A stretch of 64,000 nt of DNA from a virus (IMGVR_UViG_3300031974_003050:1438-65437), one strand, 5' to 3'. Numbered from the stretch's first letter, positions 22,301 through 31,406 are shown. Program-made: numbers and translations. The notes: generated by a model not told the origin, from the letters alone.

Positions 22301-24510
22301 CTGACGAGCAAGACGATACCACAAACTCATACCCGACTGGAGGTATAGGTATGGCGGTGTATGGACCGACTACAAGGAAGGCTAAAGGAAGAAAGTCTAA
22401 AACGGATGTAAACATTATAGCTCAGGTGGTGATGCAAAACGCTAGGGTAAAGCAGCTGGCGAGAAAGAACGAGGCTCTACTCAGCCTGCACTCTATGTTC
22501 TCTGGAAACCCTAATGAAAAAGTGTTCAGTCTATGGGGTCCGAAGAACAGGATGCAAACCGTAGAGAAAAACGGAAAGGCTCGTAACATGAGCGACAGTG
22601 AGATGCGTGCGCGTAGGGATATGGTTCCTGTACGCATCAATGGTGAGCAGCACTTTATACAGTTTAAGAATGAGCACTACGCAAACACTATAAATGGCCT
22701 AAGTGTAGATCCAACCAACATCATCACCAACGCTATGCGAAAGCCTGCTCAGTGGCTTCGTAACGTGTTTACTGTATACGATCCTAACTTCTTTGTAACA
22801 AACTTCTCTAGAGACATACAGTCAGCCATTTATAACGCCTTGGCTGAGGCGGAACGTGCTGATGGGACTGTATCTGGCGTTAGAGTTGATGAGCTCACCA
22901 AGAAGCTCCTGTCCAACACGGCTACATCCCTCAGGGGGTTGCTTAACGAGAACGCTTTTGGAAAAGAGATGTCTCCAGAACTGAAGCAGTACTTCGAGGA
23001 ATGGAAAGAGTCTGGTGGTCAGACTGGATGGGGTTATAACAAAGACATAGACGCCATCATAAAAGAGCTTTCAGATGATGCCAAGAAAGGCTTGCCTAGT
23101 AAAGTATGGAAGACGGCTAAAGACGTAGCATCGTATGTTGAAGGGGTAAACGAAGCTTTTGAGAATAGTGTTAGACTTTCGGCTTATATGTCTGCTAGGC
23201 AGCTTGGTGTTACAAGAGATCGAGCAGCTCAGCTGTCCAAGAATATCACAGTAAACTTCAATAGAAGTGGTGAGTGGGGAAGTACGCTCAACTCCATCTA
23301 CCTGTTCTTCAATGCAGCGATGCAGGGTAACGCTAGGATACTCAGGTCTATGGTATATCTGAAGGATACTAAGAAGCCTAACGGTGAGCTGGAGTCTTGG
23401 CACAAGAGAACCACTCTACCACAGAAAGTAGCTTTTGGTATGGCTACGTTCAGTGGAATGGTAACAATGATGAATCTAGCCTTTAGCGATGAGGACGAAG
23501 ATGGTGAGTTGTTCTACAATAAGATCTCAGACTACGAGAAAGAAAGAAACCTGATTATCATGACTGGAGGGAAGGGATATCTCAAGATTCCTCTCCCATA
23601 CGGGTACAACCTCTTCAACAACCTTGGAGTAATGCTGGCTGAGACGGTATCGGGACACAGGGATGCTGACGATGCAATGATGTTCCTCGCCACCTCTGCT
23701 ATTAGTTCCTTCTCCCCTATCAGTTTCGGTCAATCAGACAACGCTGTAGACTATGCTACTAAAGCGGTTATGCCTACTGTTCTAAAGCCTATGGTAGAGA
23801 TTGGGATGAACGAGACGTACTTCGGAGACAAGGTGTACATGGAGCAACTTCCATTCGGGACCCCAAGGCCTGAGTCTCAGATGTCATTTAGGTCTCCTGA
23901 GGATATACAAGAATTCTTTATTTGGCTGAACGAAGCTACAGGGGGGTCTAAGTACAAGTCTGGTAAAGTGGATGTGAACTTCGATCCATACTGGTATGTG
24001 TTTGAGTACTTGTCTGGGGGTTCTGGAAGGTTTATTAATCAAGCTGGCAAAACAGTGTACGATGTTGGTCAGGCAGCATATGCAGCGGGGGAGGCAGCGT
24101 ATGAATCAGAAAACATCCCTAGCTTCATGAGGAACCTTGAGGAGAAGCCTATGCCGCAGTTCAATCTGTCCAGGATGCCTCTAGCTAGAAAGATATACGG
24201 GGAAGCATCTAGATACTACGACTATGACTTGTTCGAAGAGAACGCAGAGGAAATCAGGCAACTAAAAAGGGAGTTAAAAGAGCAACCTAACGTAGACCCA
24301 AGAAGGTACACGGGTGTAAACGTATTGTACAGCAGGCTAAAAGATGTTGAGAAGAAGCTTATGAAGCTCAGAGATAGAAGATCTCAAGCTCGTGAAATAG
24401 ATGATTACATAAAAAGGTCCGAGATTATAACACAAATCATGGAAGACGAGAGGCTTTACATGGTGAATTTTAATATGGAATATGAGAAAAGAAGAGGGAA
24501 AGAAGATTAA
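16312..24510 (+). CDS. Giant polyvalent virion/ejection protein with an LPD38-like C-terminus
   Basis: 2732 aa; NFSRDIQSA, FENSVRLSAY, NITVNFNRSG..YLFFNAAMQG, YLKIPLPYG; EEEFGH zincin-like motif at 19243-19260. Confidence 0.7.
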   Translation: MNDIEKLYNSYLKSGRSDDQIYSSLVLSGYNPSDVTSYMDYAKKKRQNPTKEYGQEFSQNVYTQVQGDSVSQSTSGFGKPLSESDYSAVTKVNFEPVGGPVDGYQQYKPVSEIQIGEPVFGAEAAALGEIEKKQDFVGFSDPMSLKDFMGLDMEVKENFMGALNDIVPNQKERIDLANAYAYAYEGVGADPEGPIPEGGRADLRKGIKDDLKLKMNSYRKKFFNDKIKEAISGTFQEGQDAVSLEKYILDNYGLTTQIDDNAFVGTEEGAYEQIKNLFVPNIGHATDGFLAGGLRLIAQDRLLPKGTLYDSLYNYFGFEERRAQRERDMLEGKAVRFMADEEMEAIGMHVDRMLTTPLQAIGYREGFSETDMIEMLGNSPGTLSSQVAGGLAAAAALYFTKNPSAARAAAGSAYALTQATFMGLQVMGQEYGSTYSDPNFYNYSINGDPVSMDEATEVNEYGELVLKEGYERVHDHFRAAGHSEVSAFSEFGAEYLGNLIMVKGGGAVMRGVGVSRPGMSIGVGVADVTGSKALGRSAQYLIGGVVPAVTIGSYIEGQEEVVTEILQTASRRQFSQQSGASAYGLFSEVYQGFIDPDEELQENIKKARGAGEFFGMLFGGGIATANIVQNEVGIKKANKAAAQNQRRRDTINKKNGTNYSATQYIDPDYFNSYEEWSQYENNRNLYNNQILKAIHAHKGAITMGMSRSERKVHNKLMKELDSLFKTRNENGEVDLEAIVAMLPSLASKLDAVRGNINMSESIVENLIKSAQHGNLEAAEFLLEVARTQLDFSAAMKAIYNPNLDGNIEKTLRSELSSLEKRNQELVKMAYDHAEGKGFRYTIVTDPRTASEAGQVQVYEKQGDTYRVRYTNAADVPAGTIKDSSEGRFSYTELSEGATEVTESDVDNTSLSDQQKSDLKRLISRSPNARVIIHDSQDSLDKVGSRAGLLGKQAFTLQDFDGRVFEIHLLKNFTNEVAEEEFGHYEFNEELYKDEVRRPMIEAINKAIESDPNSALAEFVRVHNARLTGHNQKYIEVELLTNLGRAIAKGETTISDRVVKASDVESVFDPGRSGFRDYVSRFDKYLKGKGKVKELAYDPSQVDNEGSVEGTAASYKPTFLDGKIVYGHIPLSQFNASKNLEVSAKIKDYNHFRNWYAKMTGNHKRRLYSLSFEDDNGNRVPISSMPGHDVTDGRPLDWRGKELFYKRDYNTKEIISMEPVALTFQEKMARDHARNKEQDEARRQSKLNRFNNLNNIAMEALGVNIYTFAQRIPGIEQATDELGYKSGFTEESLEKIEVALAAELGVITLEPQTVALPVPRVPKNISGDIVEGTAASVKLPTLQYSTAEEQALLKELEVESLSDITPEMLRGLYGTTQNPALIATVAGGQEIEVLVDFWSGPKSNVTIGYINKNGNYATVSREITSGSEALMNREPDRYDPDPDVLVRSFGANTSRSVTGKYAAAIDKAKENGRLLLVVPASLAEENIYSDQQGYEVMLEDVVLRALTTWGDTNLKRKGVSTMSVSRPEGPDGYIGRDESGGENVSVVDVTVANLIGQAIDKAIAGTPSGGNFVQHFKRESVSLALDKENLQYPFNQITGGPAPKTGLLGGQIRGDIEVSKVVLKREADGNYDPKIVTEALRLIISLGNHYADETMANLGFAARKEIATQIVKSLDKVDNPFFDKKSKSSKARKYLFQESNINSLEYWNSVFLSDNYTRGGAHVVFMVQPEGYAGVSPKYKNKKGVKETYRYHAQAEENSVLAIKTDPNKTKKLVEEIIDIQNKGKKGYKQVKSSQKVDLEGTANSRRLGRISYTNGPSWQASNPTGFGKALDAVALKLQDKYHEVMLLQKDIEEFRGRRMAEGNDFNLAVDLMYGKTRNDLDALDAKLDDIKTSMKAEDIKSDDLSNFLYAMHARERNAKIAFDRPDMESGSGMTNEEAEEIIDKLGTNAMRRLASEVRSIVQDTRDTMRKYGLETNETIDVYEQMYDHYVPLSGLATDEQDDTTNSYPTGGIGMAVYGPTTRKAKGRKSKTDVNIIAQVVMQNARVKQLARKNEALLSLHSMFSGNPNEKVFSLWGPKNRMQTVEKNGKARNMSDSEMRARRDMVPVRINGEQHFIQFKNEHYANTINGLSVDPTNIITNAMRKPAQWLRNVFTVYDPNFFVTNFSRDIQSAIYNALAEAERADGTVSGVRVDELTKKLLSNTATSLRGLLNENAFGKEMSPELKQYFEEWKESGGQTGWGYNKDIDAIIKELSDDAKKGLPSKVWKTAKDVASYVEGVNEAFENSVRLSAYMSARQLGVTRDRAAQLSKNITVNFNRSGEWGSTLNSIYLFFNAAMQGNARILRSMVYLKDTKKPNGELESWHKRTTLPQKVAFGMATFSGMVTMMNLAFSDEDEDGELFYNKISDYEKERNLIIMTGGKGYLKIPLPYGYNLFNNLGVMLAETVSGHRDADDAMMFLATSAISSFSPISFGQSDNAVDYATKAVMPTVLKPMVEIGMNETYFGDKVYMEQLPFGTPRPESQMSFRSPEDIQEFFIWLNEATGGSKYKSGKVDVNFDPYWYVFEYLSGGSGRFINQAGKTVYDVGQAAYAAGEAAYESENIPSFMRNLEEKPMPQFNLSRMPLARKIYGEASRYYDYDLFEENAEEIRQLKRELKEQPNVDPRRYTGVNVLYSRLKDVEKKLMKLRDRRSQAREIDDYIKRSEIITQIMEDERLYMVNFNMEYEKRRGKED

Positions 24511-24934
24511 AGACACCAAGGTAGGTAAGTGGATCACTAACAACCTTCCCGATATAGCGGACAAGGTTGGTGACTTTCTTCCAGACAGAGGTCTTCTTGG
24601 GGTGGTCAAAAAAGTTGTAGACAACGACCCAAATCTAACCTCTGAGCAGATATCTGAATTCAACAGGATACTTGTAGAATACGAGATCAACAACCAAGAG
24701 CAGATAACAAGGAGGTGGGAGGCTGATGCTTCTGGAGACGTAAAGATTGCCAAGTATATAAGACCATCTGTGTTGATCGTACTAACTGCATTCTATATGA
24801 TTATTACAGTCTGGGATGGGCTTGACGACACTTTTACCCCCTCAGAAAATTATGTAGATTTGCTAGAAGTTCTAATGCTCACAGTATTTGGAGCCTACTT
24901 CGCTGGTAGAACCATCGAAAAGATAAGAAGATAA
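24482..24934 (+). CDS. Holin-like membrane protein (GTA 3TM-holin type)
   Basis: RWEAD...KYIRP followed by two TM segments, FGAYFAGRTIEK end. Confidence 0.6.
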   Translation: MRKEEGKKIKDTKVGKWITNNLPDIADKVGDFLPDRGLLGVVKKVVDNDPNLTSEQISEFNRILVEYEINNQEQITRRWEADASGDVKIAKYIRPSVLIVLTAFYMIITVWDGLDDTFTPSENYVDLLEVLMLTVFGAYFAGRTIEKIRR

Positions 24935-25239
24935 AATAACAATATATACCATAACCTAAAAAACAAAAGCCATGCCTATATCAGATGTACATTATCTCTC
25001 TACATTGACCAAACAAGAAGCGATTGACGCGCTTCCTGGAGAAAACGTAGTATCAGAAGTTCTCGAAACAATAGTTCTTTTCATGGAAGAACAAGACCTT
25101 TTAGACAAAGGATACACACAAGAAGAAATAGACACTGCAAAAGCTGTGTTTTTTCCTCATATTGAATGAGTATATAACTTAGCACCCCAGGCTTAATGCG
25201 CCTAGGACAAATATGAAAATAACAATATAGACCATAACC
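24933..25239 (+). repeat. 24-nt direct repeat (24933-24956, 25216-25239)
   Basis: AAAATAACAATATA(T/G)ACCATAACC, one mismatch. Confidence 0.8.
24972..25169 (+). CDS. Small acidic hypothetical protein
   Basis: 65 aa, between the direct repeats. Confidence 0.55.
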   Translation: MPISDVHYLSTLTKQEAIDALPGENVVSEVLETIVLFMEEQDLLDKGYTQEEIDTAKAVFFPHIE

Positions 25240-25263
25240 AAATATACTTAACAATTCCTTAAC

Positions 25264-28209
25264 ATGAGAACTATAGGGGATCCGACAAAAGAAGAGGTAA
25301 AAAAAAGAATGTTGGCCTCAGGTAAATGGGTAGAGGGGGAGAATGGAGAGTTGATTAGAGTGCCACAGCAAGACGTTTACGGATTCCCTACCACCGCCCG
25401 CGCTCAGGAGCTTTCACAACGTACAGAGCCGTTAAACGAACAGGAGCTTAGTGAATTCATCCGTTACGGTTTCAGCCCAACCAATCCTGTAAACACCGCT
25501 TTCAGTATGGTTGCTGGTGCTCACCCTGTAGGAGCATCAGCAGACATATTAGGTAATCTTATAGGTAGAGGATTGAGCTATGGTAGCAACCTTATAGGTA
25601 GAGCGGCTCTTAGACAAAGCCCCATACTCCCTACAGATTGGGATGGAATCATAAACAGAGCAAATCAAAAACTCAAAGAAGGGTTAGGCATAAAAACAGG
25701 TGATGACGCCATAGAGCTTGTCCCTATGCCTGTAGATGTAGATGGGACTAGCTTCCCTTCTTTCGATGTGGAAGTTAGAGTAAACGGTAAGACGACAGGA
25801 CATATGTCCTTTGATCCAATAGATACCCGAAGCGCGGAAAAAATAGCAGACGAAAGAAGGCTATTAATGGGGGATGTAGATCCTGAGTATGGGTTGATAA
25901 GAAACGAGGACTTTCCTTTTGAATTCGAGCCGCAATTACAAGGGAGAGGTCTTTCAGGAGAAATGACCTCTGCCATTAATGAGTCTTTGAAAGATGAAGG
26001 GTTTAGACTGTACTCTAGTTTTGATCACACACCTGAAGGTGCGAGGAGATACATTAACATGGCTGAGAAGGGTTATGTAGAACCTATAGACGTGAGGAGC
26101 GAATTGAGAGGCAGATACAGATTCAACAAGAACGGAGGTAAGATTAGGGTTCAGAAAAAAGCGTCCAATGGAATGAGGGTTTTGCGGTCTTGGCCGCCTG
26201 ACGAGGGGGATCCGTTGCCGTACACGGCGGTATCAGAGTCTACATCACCTTATATAACACAGCCTATTCTACCGCAGGAGGCTCAATCTTTAGCTGAAAA
26301 TCAAGATTATAAAGACGCGCTGGAGGAGCATCCTTTACTACGGATGATTGTAGATGATGATCTACGACAGAGAGTTGAAGATCAACAATCAAACTTTTAT
26401 CTAAGAGAGGCACCACCGTACCTCAATACTAGCCCATATCCGACCATATCAGCAGTAGCTGCTAGTCCTGAACTTAGAGAGGAACAAGGAAGAGCAAATC
26501 CAGCGTTTACTCTAATGGAATTCTTAACTCCTGTTGGTGACCTGACTTCGATACTTGGTGGTGTTGGAGATTTGATTCGTGGTGACTATGCGTCTGGGGC
26601 CGTTGGAATAGGGTCTGGGCTTTTGTCAGCGATTATTCCAGGCTCTATACCTACTGGAAAGGCGAGCACTAGACTATATGAAAACGCTGGAAAAAATGGT
26701 GTTTCTGTAAAATCTATTAGACAAGCCGCATCTGGAAAGGATGTGTCTGCATCAGAAGCATCCCTACTTAACACGCTTGCCGATAGAGCAGAAAACGCTG
26801 GACTGACTCATGTAGATCCTGGTAACATGCAGATGGGTGGGATGCAGAGACTTCCTAGGTTTAGAGGTGGGAATACTAACCCAGAGTGGGATGAGTTCTT
26901 CGGGACGGACAGGCTTATGGGGTTGGACTGGAATAACCTCCAAAATATGGACGCCGTTATTAGGGAAGCAAGGCGTGACGTCACCCACGACTCTGAAGTG
27001 ATACTCCTGAAAGGAGACGATGTTATTTACGGGAATCCAAGCAAAAAACACTTTTCTGCAAGTTCAGGGCCATCGAATGTCGGTGTTCATGCCCATGTAA
27101 GGGCTATACCTGACCCGTGGGAGACATTGAAAGCGAAGAGAGGGGAGCCAAGCAGAAACGTCAGGAGTATGCTTGAGATCCAGAGCGATGCATTTCAATC
27201 AGGTAAATCGGGGAGGTGGGAACACACTTATCATGAATACGGAGACGAGCCTATATTCGGAAGTAAAGAGGTTCATAGGATGGTAGCTGAGGATCCAGGT
27301 CGGCTTGAAGAGATCTTTGAAAACGTAGAGCACGTAGGACAGCAGGTTATCGGGTACCTTAATGACAAGGGGTTCGGAAAGGGGAAATCTCTTCAAGACG
27401 TCCTTGGTCTGGAGAAGGTGGTAGAAGGGACTGGTAGCAAGCTGCACAGAGATGTAGGGTTGCTACAGGAATTCGGTGGCACCGCTGTTGCCGCTCCAGA
27501 AGGCGAGGTGGCAGGGTTTAGTAAGCTTCTGGAAGATCTTATTGAAGGTGGTGACATAACGAGACAAGAAGCGGATGACTTTCTTGTCGCTTACAGCAGG
27601 TTTGGCGGTGAGGGGCACTACGACTTCAACTTCTCTGAAAATATAACGGAAGCGGAGGCCAAAGGCAGGAGAATAGACATGGCGGACGACCTTGATATGG
27701 AAGTAGAGAGGCCAAACGTAACCAGAGAGCATCCATGGACAAGAGTGACTAGTGAGCTGTTAGACATAGGTGTTAATCAGATGAGGCGTGAAGTCAAAGA
27801 CCCAGACTTCTTGAAGCATGTAGACAAAATAAAGAACATGCCTGACCCGTCTAAAAACCCTATGTCTAAAACCTGGGAGCGGGAGGCGCTTGCGGCATTC
27901 TTCGAGGATGGGGCCAAAAAAGGAGCTGAGGCATACCGATTCCCCACCACAGAAACGGTTCGAACTATACAGGGCTGGGATCCAAATAGAAATTTTGACA
28001 TGATCCTTAATCGATACCAACGCCTCCCTGATCAGATGGAGAAGATGGGAGTTGACGTAAGTCAGATTACGAACGTCACGGACGGATTCGGTAATACTTG
28101 GCTTGAGATTCCCGTTTCCGCCGTCCCTGCATCTGTCAAAGTGTACAAGATCGGGGGACGCATAAGGGTCAATAAGGCTAAGAAGAAAGGTATGAGAGTG
28201 AAGAAATGA
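25264..28209 (+). CDS. Multidomain GG-tagged protein (GNAT-like module and EIQSD module)
   Basis: 981 aa; PQLQGRGLSG acetyl-CoA motif; H.R...EIQSD..Q; internal and terminal GG tags. Confidence 0.65.
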   Translation: MRTIGDPTKEEVKKRMLASGKWVEGENGELIRVPQQDVYGFPTTARAQELSQRTEPLNEQELSEFIRYGFSPTNPVNTAFSMVAGAHPVGASADILGNLIGRGLSYGSNLIGRAALRQSPILPTDWDGIINRANQKLKEGLGIKTGDDAIELVPMPVDVDGTSFPSFDVEVRVNGKTTGHMSFDPIDTRSAEKIADERRLLMGDVDPEYGLIRNEDFPFEFEPQLQGRGLSGEMTSAINESLKDEGFRLYSSFDHTPEGARRYINMAEKGYVEPIDVRSELRGRYRFNKNGGKIRVQKKASNGMRVLRSWPPDEGDPLPYTAVSESTSPYITQPILPQEAQSLAENQDYKDALEEHPLLRMIVDDDLRQRVEDQQSNFYLREAPPYLNTSPYPTISAVAASPELREEQGRANPAFTLMEFLTPVGDLTSILGGVGDLIRGDYASGAVGIGSGLLSAIIPGSIPTGKASTRLYENAGKNGVSVKSIRQAASGKDVSASEASLLNTLADRAENAGLTHVDPGNMQMGGMQRLPRFRGGNTNPEWDEFFGTDRLMGLDWNNLQNMDAVIREARRDVTHDSEVILLKGDDVIYGNPSKKHFSASSGPSNVGVHAHVRAIPDPWETLKAKRGEPSRNVRSMLEIQSDAFQSGKSGRWEHTYHEYGDEPIFGSKEVHRMVAEDPGRLEEIFENVEHVGQQVIGYLNDKGFGKGKSLQDVLGLEKVVEGTGSKLHRDVGLLQEFGGTAVAAPEGEVAGFSKLLEDLIEGGDITRQEADDFLVAYSRFGGEGHYDFNFSENITEAEAKGRRIDMADDLDMEVERPNVTREHPWTRVTSELLDIGVNQMRREVKDPDFLKHVDKIKNMPDPSKNPMSKTWEREALAAFFEDGAKKGAEAYRFPTTETVRTIQGWDPNRNFDMILNRYQRLPDQMEKMGVDVSQITNVTDGFGNTWLEIPVSAVPASVKVYKIGGRIRVNKAKKKGMRVKK

Positions 28210-28233
28210 AGAGAGGCCCCGAAGGGCCTCTCT
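28210..28233. terminator. Hairpin between convergent transcription units
   Basis: AGAGAGGCCC-cgaa-GGGCCTCTCT, perfect 10-bp stem. Confidence 0.7.
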
Positions 28234-28318
28234 AAGGTTAGCGAAATTACACTGCACTAGGTCGATGTAACAGTGCCAAGATAATACATTTGCATTACCC
28301 AGCATTTGTCTATTCTCT

Positions 28319-30223
28319 TCATCGGACAGGGCATGCTCCTGTGTCACAATCAGAAATCTCCACGTCATCCAACTCAACGCTAGAAAGGCTGGATATGGGG
28401 GTCACTTTTGACCTCTCCTCGTGGTAGCGAGATTCGCTGATTTCTTCCAAGGGAGCCTGATCAAAGCCATGCCCGCTGTGAAGAAGAAAAGAAACCGACT
28501 TGGTGTTAAAGTAGTGCTTTGCCAACCAGTCTTTTATTTCGTCTAACTCCTCTTTCCTATAGTATATTGTAACCGATACGGAGTTGTCGCTCCATTCCGC
28601 TTGCAATCTTTTAATGACCTCCAGCTGGTCAACAGCTGTCATGTCGTCTGCAAATTTAGTCCCTTCGGGGAAACTACAGGGGAAAGAAACCACTACTGTG
28701 GAATGGTCTTCCGTCCCGTCAAAGTTCCGTACATATTCTACGTGATACCCGTTACCCCTAGCAACTCGTGCAAGCTCGCTATCTGCAGCCATTCTGATTC
28801 TTCTAATGTAATATTGGGAGTATCCAGGGTGTGCGCCTGGTGTAACGCCAGCAAGTAGAGACAGCGTTCCACTGGGTTTAACTGTAGTAAGCTTAATGGA
28901 ATGAGGAAAGCCATGGTTCTTTGAGTATTCTTTGTCGTAATTCCTTAACCAAACATACGCATCAGACAACCATCCTCTTTGCTCTTCTTCGGCCTGAAGG
29001 TATCCAGTAACCCCAATACCCATTCTCATATTCTTATGGACTATATCTTCAGTCTCCTTGAGTGAGCAAGGGATAGCAAGGCTGTGCTTATTGATTCTAT
29101 AAAGATACGAAAGTACCTTCTTTAGCTCATCGTATGATACGATATTTGGCAAATAAACCTCAGCGAGACAGCAAGTCTCAAAGTTAGCTAGGCTCTGTTC
29201 GGCACATGGGTTGTACCCCATTACATCAGGATCGTCATATTCGGTTTCTTCTGTCCTCCCCATGCGTCTAGAGGATTCTAGGTTAATCAATCCGTAAGGC
29301 TCTCCATTGCCCTTATATCCTTCCCAAAATTCATCTGGAAGAACAGATATATCATCACAGACAACCGAGTTGTTGCTCATGGCCCTCCAGTTCGGAATAC
29401 CCCCCAGATCCCAACGCTTGGCACGCAAGTACTCGATGTCATCAGGATCCCCTATGGCAATCTGAGCAGACCTACGGACGTTACCAGCCACCACTATTTT
29501 ACCTATTATGTTCATGATGTCTAGGCAATCAATAGGGCGAAGGCGTTGCCCTGCTCTGTTGTTGAGGATGCTATTTATCTCCATCATACCCCATACCAGA
29601 TCCTCTGGTCCGCTTGCGGTACCTCCGAAGCCTTTGATAACAGAACCCTTTGATCTGATGAGGTGAGTGGCGAACGTAAAGTCTTCATCGGATCCGTCTT
29701 GCCAAAAGTGGGCTTCAAGCACACGCTCAAGAAGACTGACCCATCCTTCGCGGGAGTCAGGAACGATAAAGTCAGCATCATTAGCATCCTTCCTCTCGAT
29801 TTTCACCTGTTGGTAGCCGACCTTCGGGAGTTGATACACATTCTCCCTTTGGATGTTGAATCCGACACCGCTACCGAGCATTAGCATTTCGAATGCCCAA
29901 GTAAATGGTCTAATTGGGTCGTCAATTACCACAAACGAGCAGTTCTGCAGGGAAGGCATCCCTAGTCTGTCTACTGTTTCGGTTCCAAGTTGCCACAAGA
30001 ACCTTCCAGCCACTGTGCCTTTAAGGTCCATCATGATGCCCCTTAGTTCATCCTGCTGCACCTCGTCAAAATTGCAACCGAGCTGGTCGTTACAAGCTTT
30101 GACTACGCGATCGACTGTCTCGTGCCACTCCTCTGTTTGTCCGTTTTTGGTAGGTCTTGCATACGTTCTCTTGAACGTGGGGTATCCTACCTCACCCCAT
30201 GGGATAAGTTTTTCTTCTTTCAT
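28319..30223 (-). CDS. nrdJ: Class II (B12-dependent) ribonucleotide reductase
   Basis: VVAGNVRRSA, NPCAEQSL..ETCCL, TTVKPSGT, C-terminal CDTGACP. Confidence 0.9.
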   Translation of the reverse strand: MKEEKLIPWGEVGYPTFKRTYARPTKNGQTEEWHETVDRVVKACNDQLGCNFDEVQQDELRGIMMDLKGTVAGRFLWQLGTETVDRLGMPSLQNCSFVVIDDPIRPFTWAFEMLMLGSGVGFNIQRENVYQLPKVGYQQVKIERKDANDADFIVPDSREGWVSLLERVLEAHFWQDGSDEDFTFATHLIRSKGSVIKGFGGTASGPEDLVWGMMEINSILNNRAGQRLRPIDCLDIMNIIGKIVVAGNVRRSAQIAIGDPDDIEYLRAKRWDLGGIPNWRAMSNNSVVCDDISVLPDEFWEGYKGNGEPYGLINLESSRRMGRTEETEYDDPDVMGYNPCAEQSLANFETCCLAEVYLPNIVSYDELKKVLSYLYRINKHSLAIPCSLKETEDIVHKNMRMGIGVTGYLQAEEEQRGWLSDAYVWLRNYDKEYSKNHGFPHSIKLTTVKPSGTLSLLAGVTPGAHPGYSQYYIRRIRMAADSELARVARGNGYHVEYVRNFDGTEDHSTVVVSFPCSFPEGTKFADDMTAVDQLEVIKRLQAEWSDNSVSVTIYYRKEELDEIKDWLAKHYFNTKSVSFLLHSGHGFDQAPLEEISESRYHEERSKVTPISSLSSVELDDVEISDCDTGACPVR

Positions 30224-30254
30224 AATTTTTAGTTGGAAAAGGTGTGCAAGGTAC

Positions 30255-30752
30255 TCAATAATCCAGAAAGTATTTCCATACTCTGTAAGATTCTAGAGAC
30301 CTTATGTCCCGAAGGACAACCTTAGTTATGATGTCGAGCCTGTCCTTTCTTTGGTACAGTTTCCTGTAAGCATTGCGCTTGTCAGACACTACTTCAAGAT
30401 CGACATTTTTATCAACCCACTCTTTCAGTTCAAGTCGGTCAACGATTGAGAAACCGTGCTCTTCAGGCATATCAAAAGCGATGATTGTTGCACCGCCGAG
30501 TAGCCATCCGTTGTTCCCCCGTACATTTTTTAGCTCTACCCAAATCTCATCAGGTAGGTTATTGCCTTTTACATCTACACCCCACTTGCCCTTATCGTTG
30601 AAGGCCAACCAGTAGTCGATATGGTCGTGAATGTCCTCCGCGTAAGAGGACTTCTTCACCTCCAGGCCTAGATTCTCTGCGGCTCTAATGAACCTTACTT
30701 CTGCTACTCTCCCCGTTGAATTAGAGTACCTCCTCCTGCTTTGGGAGGTCAC
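30255..30752 (-). CDS. PD-(D/E)XK-family nuclease-like protein
   Basis: G..AE, HIDYWL, VDVKG, WVELKN. Confidence 0.6.
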   Translation of the reverse strand: MTSQSRRRYSNSTGRVAEVRFIRAAENLGLEVKKSSYAEDIHDHIDYWLAFNDKGKWGVDVKGNNLPDEIWVELKNVRGNNGWLLGGATIIAFDMPEEHGFSIVDRLELKEWVDKNVDLEVVSDKRNAYRKLYQRKDRLDIITKVVLRDIRSLESYRVWKYFLDY

Positions 30753-30967
30753 TCTTTGTGGTATTCCTTAACCGCCTCAGTACACAAGTCCATCTCATGT
30801 TTTACGAGCGTAATGCACCTGTTTACCCTCTCGTTTACATTCTCTTTGTCTGTGATAGGATTTCCGCTATTGTCGTGTAAAGACTCGTACAAATCAGCCA
30901 TGACTCTCATTGACCTGTCTGTGGCGATAGCGTAATATTCACTCAATTTAGATTGATCCATCTTCAA
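30749..30967 (-). CDS. Hypothetical protein
   Basis: 72 aa, coupled. Confidence 0.55.
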   Translation of the reverse strand: MKMDQSKLSEYYAIATDRSMRVMADLYESLHDNSGNPITDKENVNERVNRCITLVKHEMDLCTEAVKEYHKE

Positions 30968-31406
30968 TGCTTTTTTTAATTTCCTGAATAGCTTGATCTA
31001 CTTGCTGTCTATTCTTTGCCAAAAATACAGCATATGGTAGTTCGTTGTCAGTTATGTGGCGTAAAAAAAGTTTCCATCTCATGGGGAAGTCATGGTGACT
31101 TGGCAGATAACCTTTAGTTTCAATTATAAAATTTGAGTCGGTTCCTACAAAGTCAGGTGTGTACTTGATAGGAAGCTGTCTGGTACCTGTTCTGTCACTC
31201 ATGAGCTTCCCCTTCGATGTCATTTTAAAATACTTGTTGTCAAACTTAAAACCGTCTAGCAGTTCAAACGTCAGTTCCTCATAGTCAAAAGATAGCCCGT
31301 ATTCACTCAGTTGGTCAGCACAGTACTTCTCAAGAGAAGATTTGTACCTGCCCAGGGGTTGTTTTTTGCGTGAACGCGAGTGAGACGTTTTTCTTTTTCC
31401 TTTCAC
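30948..31406 (-). CDS. T7 endonuclease I-like Holliday junction resolvase
   Basis: YKSSLE, YTPDF, IIETKG. Confidence 0.75.
   Translation of the reverse strand: MKGKRKTSHSRSRKKQPLGRYKSSLEKYCADQLSEYGLSFDYEELTFELLDGFKFDNKYFKMTSKGKLMSDRTGTRQLPIKYTPDFVGTDSNFIIETKGYLPSHHDFPMRWKLFLRHITDNELPYAVFLAKNRQQVDQAIQEIKKSIEDGSI

Noticed and set aside
27760-28377. 205-aa minus-strand ORF after nrdJ
   Set aside because: It runs through the terminator hairpin, antisense to the 981-aa gene
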